Origin: an uncultured Acidobacteriota bacterium
GTDB taxonomy: Bacteria; Acidobacteriota; Thermoanaerobaculia; Multivoradales; UBA5704
Assembly (NCBI GenBank): GCA_963770895.1
Contig: CAVYRF010000002.1
Coordinates: forward strand, 2,176,001-2,240,000
Direction: 5' to 3'
Length of the DNA stretch: 64,000 nucleotides
Shown here: in pieces, positions 42,917 through 50,967 of the stretch
Layout of the letters: every line of letters begins with the position of its first letter
How positions within the stretch are numbered: position 1 is the first letter of the stretch
The notes under the pieces: model-generated
What the model saw: only the letters and a program-made list of their open reading frames with translations
Told to the model about the DNA's origin: nothing
Database searches by the model: none
Program-made: the position numbers and the translations under genes

Positions 42917-43410
42917 CAGAGCACCGTCGCCTTGATCGCGAAGGTCGCGCTGGCGCCCTTCGCCAGGCTGTCGAAGACGCCCGCCACGGTACCGGCGAAA
43001 CCCACGGGAGGCGTGGACAGGTCGGTGACGGGGGGCCCGGTGAGCTGCGTGGCGGAAACGAAGGCGGCGCCCACGGGCACCTTCTGGTCGAAATTCACGT
43101 TGGTGGCCGTGCAGGGTCCGCAGTTGGTCACCGTCAGAGTGTAGGTGATGGTGTCGCCCGGCGACGCGGTCTGCGGCGACGCCGCCACTCCCACCGCGAC
43201 GTCGGCCATGGCCGGATTGCCGCAGATAGCGCCGGTGTTGGCGCACAGGTTGGATGCCTGCGCCCGCGCCGGTTCGACCAGCAGCCCGTCGAGCGAGAAC
43301 GAGGCGACGATCGGCGCCGCGTAGGCGGCACCCAGGAGCAGCCTGGAGAGGAACTGACGGCGGTCCGGAGCGAGCCCATCGAACCGTTGCGGTTTTGCGT
43401 CTGGCGCCAT
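42916..43410 (-). CDS. Twin-arginine-leader protein A with SNLC motif and C-terminally incomplete DUF11 domain
   Basis: MAP...PDRRQF leader; ADVAV..SPQTASPGDTITYTLTVTNCGP..ATNV..VPVGAAFVSAT..SLAKGASATFAIKATVL then stop. Confidence 0.8.
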   Translation of the reverse strand: MAPDAKPQRFDGLAPDRRQFLSRLLLGAAYAAPIVASFSLDGLLVEPARAQASNLCANTGAICGNPAMADVAVGVAASPQTASPGDTITYTLTVTNCGPCTATNVNFDQKVPVGAAFVSATQLTGPPVTDLSTPPVGFAGTVAGVFDSLAKGASATFAIKATVL

Positions 43411-43482
43411 GGATCGATCCTTTATTTCATGATCTGCGTGTCGCGAAAGGTCCAGAAATCCCTTGTTTTCTTCGCTTCCGCA

Positions 43483-43531
43483 GTGCCTTTGGCACAGTGC
43501 GCCGAACTTTGTGCATGGAACTTGTGCATGG
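43483..43531. promoter_or_regulatory. Possible operator motifs in the divergent intergenic region
   Basis: Inverted repeat GTGCC-TTT-GGCAC (43483-43495) and direct repeat TTGTGCATGG x2 (43509, 43522) in an AT-richer spacer. Confidence 0.3.
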
Positions 43532-43561
43532 TAAATATGCGGGCAATGGGGTGTCAAGCTT

Positions 43562-44305
43562 TTGCCGTACCTTAGAGCGGGCAGCTGGGATGACGCCATC
43601 TGGCGCTCGGTGGCGGACGATTATCCGGCGGTGCCTGCCCGCTTCGCGGCCGGCGACGTGGTGCTCGACCTGGGCGCGCACATCGGCGCCTTCGCCGCTC
43701 TCGCCGCCGCCCGCGGCGCACGCGTGGTGGCCTACGAAGCCAGCTGGCACAACCTGGCGCTGGCGCGTCTCAACACCGCCTCGCTGGCAGGGGTTGAAGT
43801 GCGGTGGGGCGCGGTCTGGCGCTCCGACCTGCCGCCGGCGCCCCGCTGGTACACGCCGGCGCCCAACGCCGCCAACACCGGCGGCGGCTCGGTGCTCTTC
43901 GCCGGTGCCATGGCGGTGAGCGCCGATGCCGGCGTCGACCCGTGGGGCGCCGGCACTGGCCGAGATGCCGAAGTTGAGGTGGCGCCGCGGGCGCACGCGG
44001 TGCCGGCGGTGCCGCTCGACGACATCCTGTGCGAGCTCGGCGCGGTGCGCCTGCTCAAGCTCGACGTCGAAGGTTCCGAGGTGCCGATCCTGGCCACCTC
44101 GCGCCAGCTCGCCAGGGTGGTGCAGATCACCGGCGAGGCACACGACCTGAGCGTCGGGCAGCAGGGCCGTCTGGCGCCCGACGCGCAGGTCGCGGGCGTA
44201 TCCTGCGATGCGAGCGGCCTTGCCGCAGTCCTCGGCGGCGCCGGCTTCACGGTGGCGATGACCGGTGCCGGGCCGCTGCGGCTGTTCAATGCCTGGCGGG
44301 CCTGA
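43562..44305 (+). CDS. FkbM-family methyltransferase
   Basis: VLDLGAHIG, VVAYEA, NTGG and LLKLDVEGSE motifs. Confidence 0.88.
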   Translation: MPYLRAGSWDDAIWRSVADDYPAVPARFAAGDVVLDLGAHIGAFAALAAARGARVVAYEASWHNLALARLNTASLAGVEVRWGAVWRSDLPPAPRWYTPAPNAANTGGGSVLFAGAMAVSADAGVDPWGAGTGRDAEVEVAPRAHAVPAVPLDDILCELGAVRLLKLDVEGSEVPILATSRQLARVVQITGEAHDLSVGQQGRLAPDAQVAGVSCDASGLAAVLGGAGFTVAMTGAGPLRLFNAWRA

Positions 44306-44343
44306 CCGGCGCGCCGCCCGCCACCCGCTGCCCGCCACCCGCA

Positions 44344-45261
44344 ATGAGCACGCCCGTCATCTGCCTCTACAACCGCTTCTTCGAGCGCTGGCCGGTCGCC
44401 GCCGAGATCGGCGCCGAGATCGCTTTCCGGTTTGGCGCCGAGACTCTTGCCGGCGCCGACGCCGTGGTCTTCCATCTGCCGACGCTGGGTGTGCTTCCCG
44501 AGCGCCCCAGAGCTGCGGCGGGCGCCGGCGCCCCGCCGCAGCTCTGGGTGGCCTGGTGTCTGGAAAGCGCCGTCGTCTGTCCGCGGCTCGCCGACCCGCG
44601 GGCGATGGGGCGTTTCGATCTGACCATGACCTACCAACGATCGAGCGATGTCTGGTGGCCTTACTTCGGGCCCGGCACGGTGCCGCACCTGCTGGCGCCG
44701 CCGGGCGTCAAGGGTCCTGGCGCGCCGGTCGTGCACCTGCAATCCAACCCCTTCGATCGCAGCGGGCGCAACCGCTTCGCCGCCGGGCTGATGCGGCGCA
44801 TCAAGGTGGACTCCTACGGCACCGTCCTGCGCAACCGGACCGAGGTCGTGGCGCCCAGCTATGCGGGTCGCACCGCGGTCATGGCCCGCTACAAGTTCAC
44901 CCTGGCGCTCGAGAACTCCATCGCGCACGACTATGTGACCGACAAGTTCTTCGACGCGTTGGCGGCAGGCTCGGTGCCCGTCTACCGCGGCACCCGCGAG
45001 GTGGCCGATCTCGCGCCCGCGCCCGGCTGCTACATCGATGCGGCCGACTTCGCCTCGCCAAGCGAGCTCGCCGCGCACCTCGACCGCCTAGACCGCGACG
45101 ACGCCGCCTATGCCGCCCATCACGCCTGGCGCCATGGAGGCTTCTCGGAAGCTTTTCTCCAGCACCTCCGCCGCCTCGAACGGCCGCCCTTTGCCCGGCT
45201 GGCCGAGCACGTCCAGGACTGGATCGCGGCCGGCCGCCCGCCGCGGCAACGATCGGACTAG
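44344..45261 (+). CDS. GT10 alpha-1,3/4-fucosyltransferase-like protein
   Basis: ADAVVFH, FDLTMTYQRSSDV, VDSYG and YKFTLALENSIAHDYVTDKFFDALAAGSVPVYRG (the FucT signature). Confidence 0.9.
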   Translation: MSTPVICLYNRFFERWPVAAEIGAEIAFRFGAETLAGADAVVFHLPTLGVLPERPRAAAGAGAPPQLWVAWCLESAVVCPRLADPRAMGRFDLTMTYQRSSDVWWPYFGPGTVPHLLAPPGVKGPGAPVVHLQSNPFDRSGRNRFAAGLMRRIKVDSYGTVLRNRTEVVAPSYAGRTAVMARYKFTLALENSIAHDYVTDKFFDALAAGSVPVYRGTREVADLAPAPGCYIDAADFASPSELAAHLDRLDRDDAAYAAHHAWRHGGFSEAFLQHLRRLERPPFARLAEHVQDWIAAGRPPRQRSD

Positions 45262-45336
45262 CCTTCACCGCCTGCCACACTCCCACCGCTGGCGAGGCCG
45301 CCGCCCGTCCCGCGCGGAGTGCGGTGCAGACCGCTG

Positions 45337-45696
45337 TCAAGCCTGAGGCGCGATGCCAGAGCCGCCGGCGCCGTCGGCGGATGGCGGCGCCGCCTCGTCG
45401 ACTCCTTCGATCAATCCTTCCGCGAGGAACTGCGCCAGACATTCCGCCACCTCGTCGCGCGGCGGCTCGGGAAGATGGAAGCTCCGCGCCAGGAAGGACG
45501 GCAGGGCGGCAGCGGGCGTTGCGCCATCGCACAGCGTGAGCAAAAGAGCCGCGGTCCGGTTCAAGTAATGCACGCGGTCCCGCTCCGGGTGATAGGCGAC
45601 GAACCCGTCGGTCACCTCGCTGAGCTCGACACCTGCGGCCAGCCGCAGCCGCATCTGCCAATCGACCGCGGCGCCCCGCTCCACCGTCTCTCCCAT
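45337..45696 (-). CDS. Stand-alone PqqD-family / RiPP recognition element (RRE) protein
   Basis: EVTDGFVAYHPERDRVHYLNRTAALLLTLCDG...EVAECLAQFLAEGLI, the beta3-alpha3 PqqD pattern. Confidence 0.88.
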   Translation of the reverse strand: MGETVERGAAVDWQMRLRLAAGVELSEVTDGFVAYHPERDRVHYLNRTAALLLTLCDGATPAAALPSFLARSFHLPEPPRDEVAECLAQFLAEGLIEGVDEAAPPSADGAGGSGIAPQA

Positions 45697-45871
45697 GCTC
45701 CCTAGTATCGGCGCCACACCGAGGCCCGTCAATCGCCGTCCATGGCCCACCGTCGGGCGCGCCGGCGCGACCTGCCGTCGCCCCGGTTTTCCCGCCTTGC
45801 CAGTGTATACTTGAAGAGGAAGGAAGCCCCAGCTAGCTTCCGGCCATGACCAACGCCTTTCAGAGTCAGAA

Positions 45872-46675
45872 ATGAGTCGACTCACTCTCCGATGGTTCAA
45901 TCTCACTCAGCGCGATGGGCAGGACCTATGTCTGAAGATCCCAATTTGCAACGTTTATGCTCCGATAATCGATCGGGCTTTTCCTGAAGTGACGCACATC
46001 GAGTGGAGGCAGGGCACGCAAGGCACCTGCTTCACCTATCTCAAGCATATAACCTCCGAAGACTTTGACTCCCTCAACGACTTCCTCCAGCTTCTCGGCG
46101 AGATTCGCTGTCTAACGCTGACCGATCACCTCGCTCCGCACTTTCAAGCCGAACTGGACGAAGCATATGCGCTAGACTTCAATTTTCAGACAGATCTCTT
46201 CCCTCTTGCCTACACGGAAATGGGCAGTCTCGAACACATTGCGAAGGAGCAACAGAATCGCGCCGCCATAGCTCAACTCAACATCCGGCTTGCCGAAGTC
46301 ATCCGCCGCCACCCCTCACTTTCCCGCGTTGAGTTCGTTGCGCCAATGCCGCCGCGCCCCTCAAAGAATTTTCATCTCCCTGTTGAAATGGCTAAGGGCA
46401 TAGGTGCGATCTTGGGGTGCCCAGTCGACCTGAGTCTCACCAAGGCGGAGCATCCGAAACTTCGAACGCTTCCCATTAGGCAGAAGGTCTCCGCGCTTGA
46501 GGAAGCCTTCTCGATTGGAGGCTCGGTTGAAGGTAAAGCCATTCTAATCGTTGACGACCTTTACCAGTCTGGCGCAAGTCTTTGGTCGCTCGCCAGGTTT
46601 TTGAAGTCCCGCGGAGCCCGACTAGTCTATGGACTGGCATGCGTCAAGTCGTGGAGTGATACCGACAACCAATGA
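45872..46675 (+). CDS. Phosphoribosyltransferase-fold (ComF-like) protein, putative defence toxin
   Basis: PRPP-binding motif ILIVDDLYQSGASL. Visibly lower GC than the flanks. Confidence 0.8.
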   Translation: MSRLTLRWFNLTQRDGQDLCLKIPICNVYAPIIDRAFPEVTHIEWRQGTQGTCFTYLKHITSEDFDSLNDFLQLLGEIRCLTLTDHLAPHFQAELDEAYALDFNFQTDLFPLAYTEMGSLEHIAKEQQNRAAIAQLNIRLAEVIRRHPSLSRVEFVAPMPPRPSKNFHLPVEMAKGIGAILGCPVDLSLTKAEHPKLRTLPIRQKVSALEEAFSIGGSVEGKAILIVDDLYQSGASLWSLARFLKSRGARLVYGLACVKSWSDTDNQ

Positions 46676-47646
46676 TGCAGCAAACTCAGTCCATTGAGTT
46701 CGTAGCTTTCTGTCTTCAGGCTGCGCCTGGAGTAGGCGCATCCACGCTTCGCATGGTTCTGAAACGCCTCGCTCAAGAACGGCTCGCACCAGAAGCCCTC
46801 TTCCAACTCGACGACCACGACTTGCTGTTGCGCTTCGGGCTCAAGCCCTCCGCTGTCGCTGCGCTCCGAGAGCCTTGCGACGAAACGCTGGAAACCTGGC
46901 AACGCCTCAAAGCGGAATCTGTGAAGATCCTTGTTTGGGGCCAGGCTGCCTACCCAACGCGGCTCTATACCCTCCTTCGCGACACTGCCCCTCCCTTGCT
47001 TTTTCTCGTCGGCGGGCTAGACAGTTTCGGACGTCCAGCAGTGGGCTTCTGCGGCTCCAGGAGGGCGTCTGAAAAGGGGTTGCGAGTAGCGCGCGATTGT
47101 GCGCATCTGCTGGCGAAACAACAAATCAATGTCGTCAGTGGTTACGCTCATGGCGTTGATCTCGCCGCGCATCGCGCAGCTTTGGAGGCGGGAGGTACTA
47201 CGACCGTCGTGTTGCCCGAGGGTATTCTTCACTTCCGGGTCAAGAGCGAAATTCGCGACTTGCTGAGCGCAGGAGACTTTTCGCGCATCGCCGTTGTGTC
47301 CGAGTTCCCTCCTGGCTTGCCGTGGCGGGCTCACAATGCAATGGCACGCAATCGTACGATCTGTGGCCTTTCACACGCGTTGGTCGTAATAGAATCAGGT
47401 CCGGATGGAGGCACATTCGAAGCAGGCAAAGCCGCACTTAAACTCGGTGAGCCTCTGTTCTGTATCGAATATGCCGAGACACCTCCAGAAGCGGCAGGTA
47501 ATCCGTACTTCTTGAAACATGGAGCCTTCAGTCTGAGGCGCGCGCCGAATGGCGAGCCTAACCTCTCCAGGCTCATGTCTGTCGTACGTGAGGGCGGCAG
47601 GAACTTTGGACAACCGCACCAGCAGGAGCTACTCCTGCACGAGTAA
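46672..47646 (+). CDS. DprA/Smf-family protein, putative antitoxin partner
   Basis: YPTRL, GFCGSR, VVSGYAHGVD, VVSEF, RNRTICGLS and ESGPDGGT motifs. ATGA overlap with the PRTase gene. Confidence 0.9.
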   Translation: MMQQTQSIEFVAFCLQAAPGVGASTLRMVLKRLAQERLAPEALFQLDDHDLLLRFGLKPSAVAALREPCDETLETWQRLKAESVKILVWGQAAYPTRLYTLLRDTAPPLLFLVGGLDSFGRPAVGFCGSRRASEKGLRVARDCAHLLAKQQINVVSGYAHGVDLAAHRAALEAGGTTTVVLPEGILHFRVKSEIRDLLSAGDFSRIAVVSEFPPGLPWRAHNAMARNRTICGLSHALVVIESGPDGGTFEAGKAALKLGEPLFCIEYAETPPEAAGNPYFLKHGAFSLRRAPNGEPNLSRLMSVVREGGRNFGQPHQQELLLHE

Positions 47647-47833
47647 TCAGGCTATTTCTGTAAATACCGCAATAAATTAAAACAGCTGATTCTGCGTGGC
47701 GGGGATCCGGCCGAGCTGCGCCTCTGGTTCCTCCCTTGAAGGCGCTTCATGCTCCAACGGCCCCAAAGTAAAGCGCGGCTCACGGGCTGTGCTTGGCCCG
47801 TCTGTATAAACTACGTAATCTGTGGTGTTTAGA

Positions 47834-47910
47834 TGGTGCGCCCAAGAGGATTCGAACCTCTGACCTACAGCTCCGGAGGCTGTCGCTCTATCCAGCTGAG
47901 CTATGGGCGC
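47834..47910 (-). tRNA. tRNA-Arg(CCG)
   Basis: Reverse complement GCGCCCATAGCTCAGCTGGATAGAGC...CTCCGGA...GGTTCGAATCC...GGGCGCACCA. Confidence 0.97.
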
Positions 47911-47933
47911 GGGGGGTGGGTTTTCAAGGGAGG

Positions 47934-48009
47934 TGGCCTGCCTGGAGGGATTCGAACCCCCGACCCGCGGCTTAGAAGGCCGCCGCTCTATCCACTGAGC
48001 TACAGGCAG
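47934..48009 (-). tRNA. tRNA-Arg(TCT)
   Basis: CTGCCTGTAGCTCAGTGGATAGAGC...CTTCTAA...GGTTCGAATCC...CAGGCAGGCCA. Confidence 0.97.
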
Positions 48010-48065
48010 CGGTTGCGGCCCGTCTTCCGCTTGGCCAGGGAGCTACCTCGGGTCAGCCGTCGGTA

Positions 48066-48139
48066 TCGGGGCGCCCAGATTTGAACTGGGGACCCCCTGC
48101 GCCCAAGGCAGGTGCGCTACCAGGCTGCGCTACGCCCCG
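48066..48139 (-). tRNA. tRNA-Pro(TGG), CCA not encoded
   Basis: CGGGGCGTAGCGCAGCCTGGTAGCGC...CTTGGGC...GTTCAAAT...CGCCCCGA. Confidence 0.95.
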
Positions 48140-48298
48140 ACGGAAACGCTTGGTGAGTCTAAGCTAGCGCGCGGAAAGGTGTCAAACGCGGCCGCCGGCG
48201 GTCCTCAAGGGCAGGACCCCGCCGGTGGTGCGCCGGCGCGGTCGGCAGCCGGTGGTGGCGGCAGCGGTCGACAGCCAAAGGGCGGCTGGTGGCGGCGG

Positions 48299-49726
48299 TC
48301 AGCCGTCGGCGGCTTCGGCGGTTCCGGCTGCGGTGGCGTTGGCGGCGGGGTCGGGGCGCTCGATGCGGAGGGTGGCGGCTTTTTGGTGGAGGTAGGTGCG
48401 CTGGATGCCGAGGAGGCGGGCGGCGGCGGAGAAGTTCCAGTTGGTGCGGCGGAGGACGGCTTCGAGGTATTCGCGCTCGCAGGCGGTCTTGAAGTCGCGG
48501 AGGGGGAGAACGGGGCGGTTTTCGACCAGGCGGACCAGGCCGGTTTCGGGGGCGACGGCGGTGTCGAGCAGGCTGATGGGGAGCTGGTCGACGGTCAGGG
48601 GGTCGGTGCCGAAGACGGCGAGGCGCTCGCAGAGGTTGCGCAGCTCGCGGACGTTGCCGGGCCAGGGGTAGCGTTTGAGGGCGGCGGGGACGGCAGGGTC
48701 GACGGTCTGGCGGCGAACGCGATGGAGGCGGGCGAAGTGATCCAGGAAGTGGGCGACCAGGAGGGGGATGTCCTGGGTGCGGTCGCGCAGCGGCGGGACC
48801 TCGATGGGGAGGTGGGCGAGGCGGAAGTAGAGGTCCTGGCGGAAGCGGCCGGCGGCGATGGCGCGGTCGAGGTCGCGGTGGGTGGCGGCGATGACGCGGA
48901 CGTCGACCTGGCGGTCGCGAGTCTCGCCGATGCGGCGGATGTGGCCGTCTTCGAGGACGCGGAGGAGGCGGGCCTGGAGGCCCAGGTCCATGTCGCCGAT
49001 CTCGTCGAGGAAGAGGGTGCCGCGGTCGGCTTCTTCGAACAGGCCGGGTTTGGCGGTGCGGGCGTCGGTGAAGGCGCCGCGGGCGTGGCCGAAGAGCTCG
49101 TCCTCGACGAGGTGGGCGGGGATGGCGGCGCAGTTGATCTTGACGAAGGGGCCGTCGCGGCGGGAGCTCTGGCGGTGGAGGGTGCCGGCGACCAGCTCTT
49201 TGCCGGTGCCCGTGGCGCCACTGATGAGGACGCGGCCGTCGGTGGCGGCGACGCGCGCGATGACCTGGCGGAGGCGGTCGGCGGCGGGGGAGGCGCCCAG
49301 GATGTCGGGTTCCTGGAGGAGCTTCGACTCCAGGACCGAGACCTTGCGGCGCAGGGCGGCGTTCTCCAGGGTGTTGGCGATGGCGCGCAGCAGTCTTTCG
49401 CGGCTGAACGGTTTCTCGATGACGTCGTGGACGCCGAGCTTGAGGGCTTCGACGGTCTCGCTGATCGAGGCTTCTCCCGAGATGATCACGGTCGGCGGCA
49501 GGCGCTGGCGCGGGGCCAGCTGGCGCAGCAGGTCGACGCCGCTCATCCGGCGCAGGCGCACGTCGAGGAGCAACAGGTCGGGGTGCGGCTCGGCGCTGCT
49601 TTCGAGCGCCGCCAGGGCTTCTTCGGCGCAGGTCATGGCGCGTACGGCGAAGCCTTCTTCGCGCAGCTGGGCAAAGAGGCTGGCGCGGATCTTGTCGTCG
49701 TCTTCGACCAGCAGGATGGCGGTCAC
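48299..49726 (-). CDS. Sigma54-dependent response regulator (NtrC/NtrX family; REC-AAA+-HTH)
   Basis: ILLVEDD, LLDV, GATGTGKE, NCAAIP, ELFGHARGAFTDA, LFLDEIGD and WPGNVREL motifs, plus a C-terminal HTH. GTG start at 49726. Confidence 0.95.
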   Translation of the reverse strand: MTAILLVEDDDKIRASLFAQLREEGFAVRAMTCAEEALAALESSAEPHPDLLLLDVRLRRMSGVDLLRQLAPRQRLPPTVIISGEASISETVEALKLGVHDVIEKPFSRERLLRAIANTLENAALRRKVSVLESKLLQEPDILGASPAADRLRQVIARVAATDGRVLISGATGTGKELVAGTLHRQSSRRDGPFVKINCAAIPAHLVEDELFGHARGAFTDARTAKPGLFEEADRGTLFLDEIGDMDLGLQARLLRVLEDGHIRRIGETRDRQVDVRVIAATHRDLDRAIAAGRFRQDLYFRLAHLPIEVPPLRDRTQDIPLLVAHFLDHFARLHRVRRQTVDPAVPAALKRYPWPGNVRELRNLCERLAVFGTDPLTVDQLPISLLDTAVAPETGLVRLVENRPVLPLRDFKTACEREYLEAVLRRTNWNFSAAARLLGIQRTYLHQKAATLRIERPDPAANATAAGTAEAADG

Positions 49727-50967
49727 GGCAGCGGCCTCCCTTCGCCCGCGCCCGGCGGCAGCAGCAGGCGGAAGACAGTTCCCGCCGCGGAGGTGGCGGC
49801 GAGCTCGAGGTCGCCGCCATGGTCGAGCAGGATCTTGCGCGAGATGGCCAGACCCAGGCCCATGCCTTCGCCGACGCGCCGGGTGGTGGCATAGGGCTCG
49901 AAGAGCCGCCCCCGCACCTGGGGGGCGACGCCCGGGCCGTCGTCGGCGACGTTGAGCACGACCCATTCCGCGCCGGCGGCCCAGCTGAACCGCACGGTGT
50001 TGCCGCCGGCGCTGGCGCTGTTGTCACAGAGGTTGACCAGCACCTGGCGGAGCAGGTCGCGGTCGAACGCCGCCCTGGTCACGGCCGGCGCGGAGGGCGG
50101 CACCCCCGCCGCCTCGCTCGCCGCGGCGCCGTCGATCCGCAGGACCAGGCCGGGCCAGGCGCCGGCGAAGCACAGGGCGAAGTCGCGCACGAAGTCGCCC
50201 AGGTCGCTGTCTTCGAGGCGCGGTCGCGGCAACCGGCCGAAGGATGCAAACTGCTTGGTGAAGCGCGCCAGGCGGTCGACCTCCTGCACGACGCTCGCGG
50301 CGAGCTGCCGCTCCTGGTGGCTCCCCGCGGCTTCCAGGAGGCGGTCGAGCCGGTCGAGCTCGAGGCGCGCCGCGGTGAGCGGCGTGCGCATCTCGTGGGC
50401 GTGCCGGCGCGCCGCTTCCTGCCAGGCGGCCAGGTTTTCCAGCGACGCCAGGCGCCGCCGGTCGCGCGCCATGGTGTGCGAGGCTTCTTCGATCATGTCG
50501 GCCAGGCGCCCCAGGAGGTCGCGCCGCCGCGGCTCTCCCACGCCGATGTCGGTGTCCCCCGCGGCCAGGCGCGCGAGGGCGGCGCGCAGCCGGGCGAGCC
50601 GCGCCTGCTCGCGCGCCTTGGCGATCAGGTAGGCCGCGACCCCCGCCCCCGCCAGGGCGGCGAAGACGACCAGCAGCGCCGTCCGGTACCGTCCGGCGAT
50701 CTCCTCGCGGTTGTACTGCAGGATATGCAGCCGGCCGACCAGCGCCTCGATGCGATCGAAGTGCCGGCGGTAGGCGGCGGCGTGCGCCGGATCGGCTGCC
50801 GCGAGCCGCTTCTGATCGCCCAGGGCGAGCTCCAGCTGGGTCATGACTTCGGGGTGGGTGCCGAACGCGAGCCAGCCCCCGGTGAGCTGGCGCACCGCCA
50901 TCTCGAAGAGCAGCACGGCGCCGCACAGGAGCACGCCGACCACGGCCATCGCGCGCCCGAGGCTCAC
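49723..50967 (-). CDS. Sensor histidine kinase (NtrY-like)
   Basis: Two TM segments, HAMP-like region, AWQEAARRHAHEMRTPL, QVLVNL, DDGPG and GMGLGLAI motifs. Confidence 0.93.
   Translation of the reverse strand: MSLGRAMAVVGVLLCGAVLLFEMAVRQLTGGWLAFGTHPEVMTQLELALGDQKRLAAADPAHAAAYRRHFDRIEALVGRLHILQYNREEIAGRYRTALLVVFAALAGAGVAAYLIAKAREQARLARLRAALARLAAGDTDIGVGEPRRRDLLGRLADMIEEASHTMARDRRRLASLENLAAWQEAARRHAHEMRTPLTAARLELDRLDRLLEAAGSHQERQLAASVVQEVDRLARFTKQFASFGRLPRPRLEDSDLGDFVRDFALCFAGAWPGLVLRIDGAAASEAAGVPPSAPAVTRAAFDRDLLRQVLVNLCDNSASAGGNTVRFSWAAGAEWVVLNVADDGPGVAPQVRGRLFEPYATTRRVGEGMGLGLAISRKILLDHGGDLELAATSAAGTVFRLLLPPGAGEGRPLP

Noticed and set aside
42500-43410. Protein A and the IPTL-CTERM gene as one frameshifted DUF11 gene
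   Set aside because: The second ORF has its own ATG coupled to the stop and a complete signal peptide, and paralogue B ends at the same DUF11 position.
43472-43490. Possible sigma54 promoter for the precursor operon (AGGCACTGCGGAAGC on the minus strand)
   Set aside because: GG-N10-GC spacing fits but the TTGC element is absent; too weak to call.
45337-45696. PqqD gene as evidence for PQQ or lasso peptide biosynthesis
   Set aside because: No pqqA/B/C/E, lasso cyclase or B2 protease is recognisable in the window.
45700-47833. Prophage or integrative element at tRNA-Arg
   Set aside because: No integrase, phage genes or duplicated tRNA 3' end found by eye; only a compositional shift.
47793-48084. 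Small ORFs over the tRNA cluster
   Set aside because: Antisense translations of tRNA genes.
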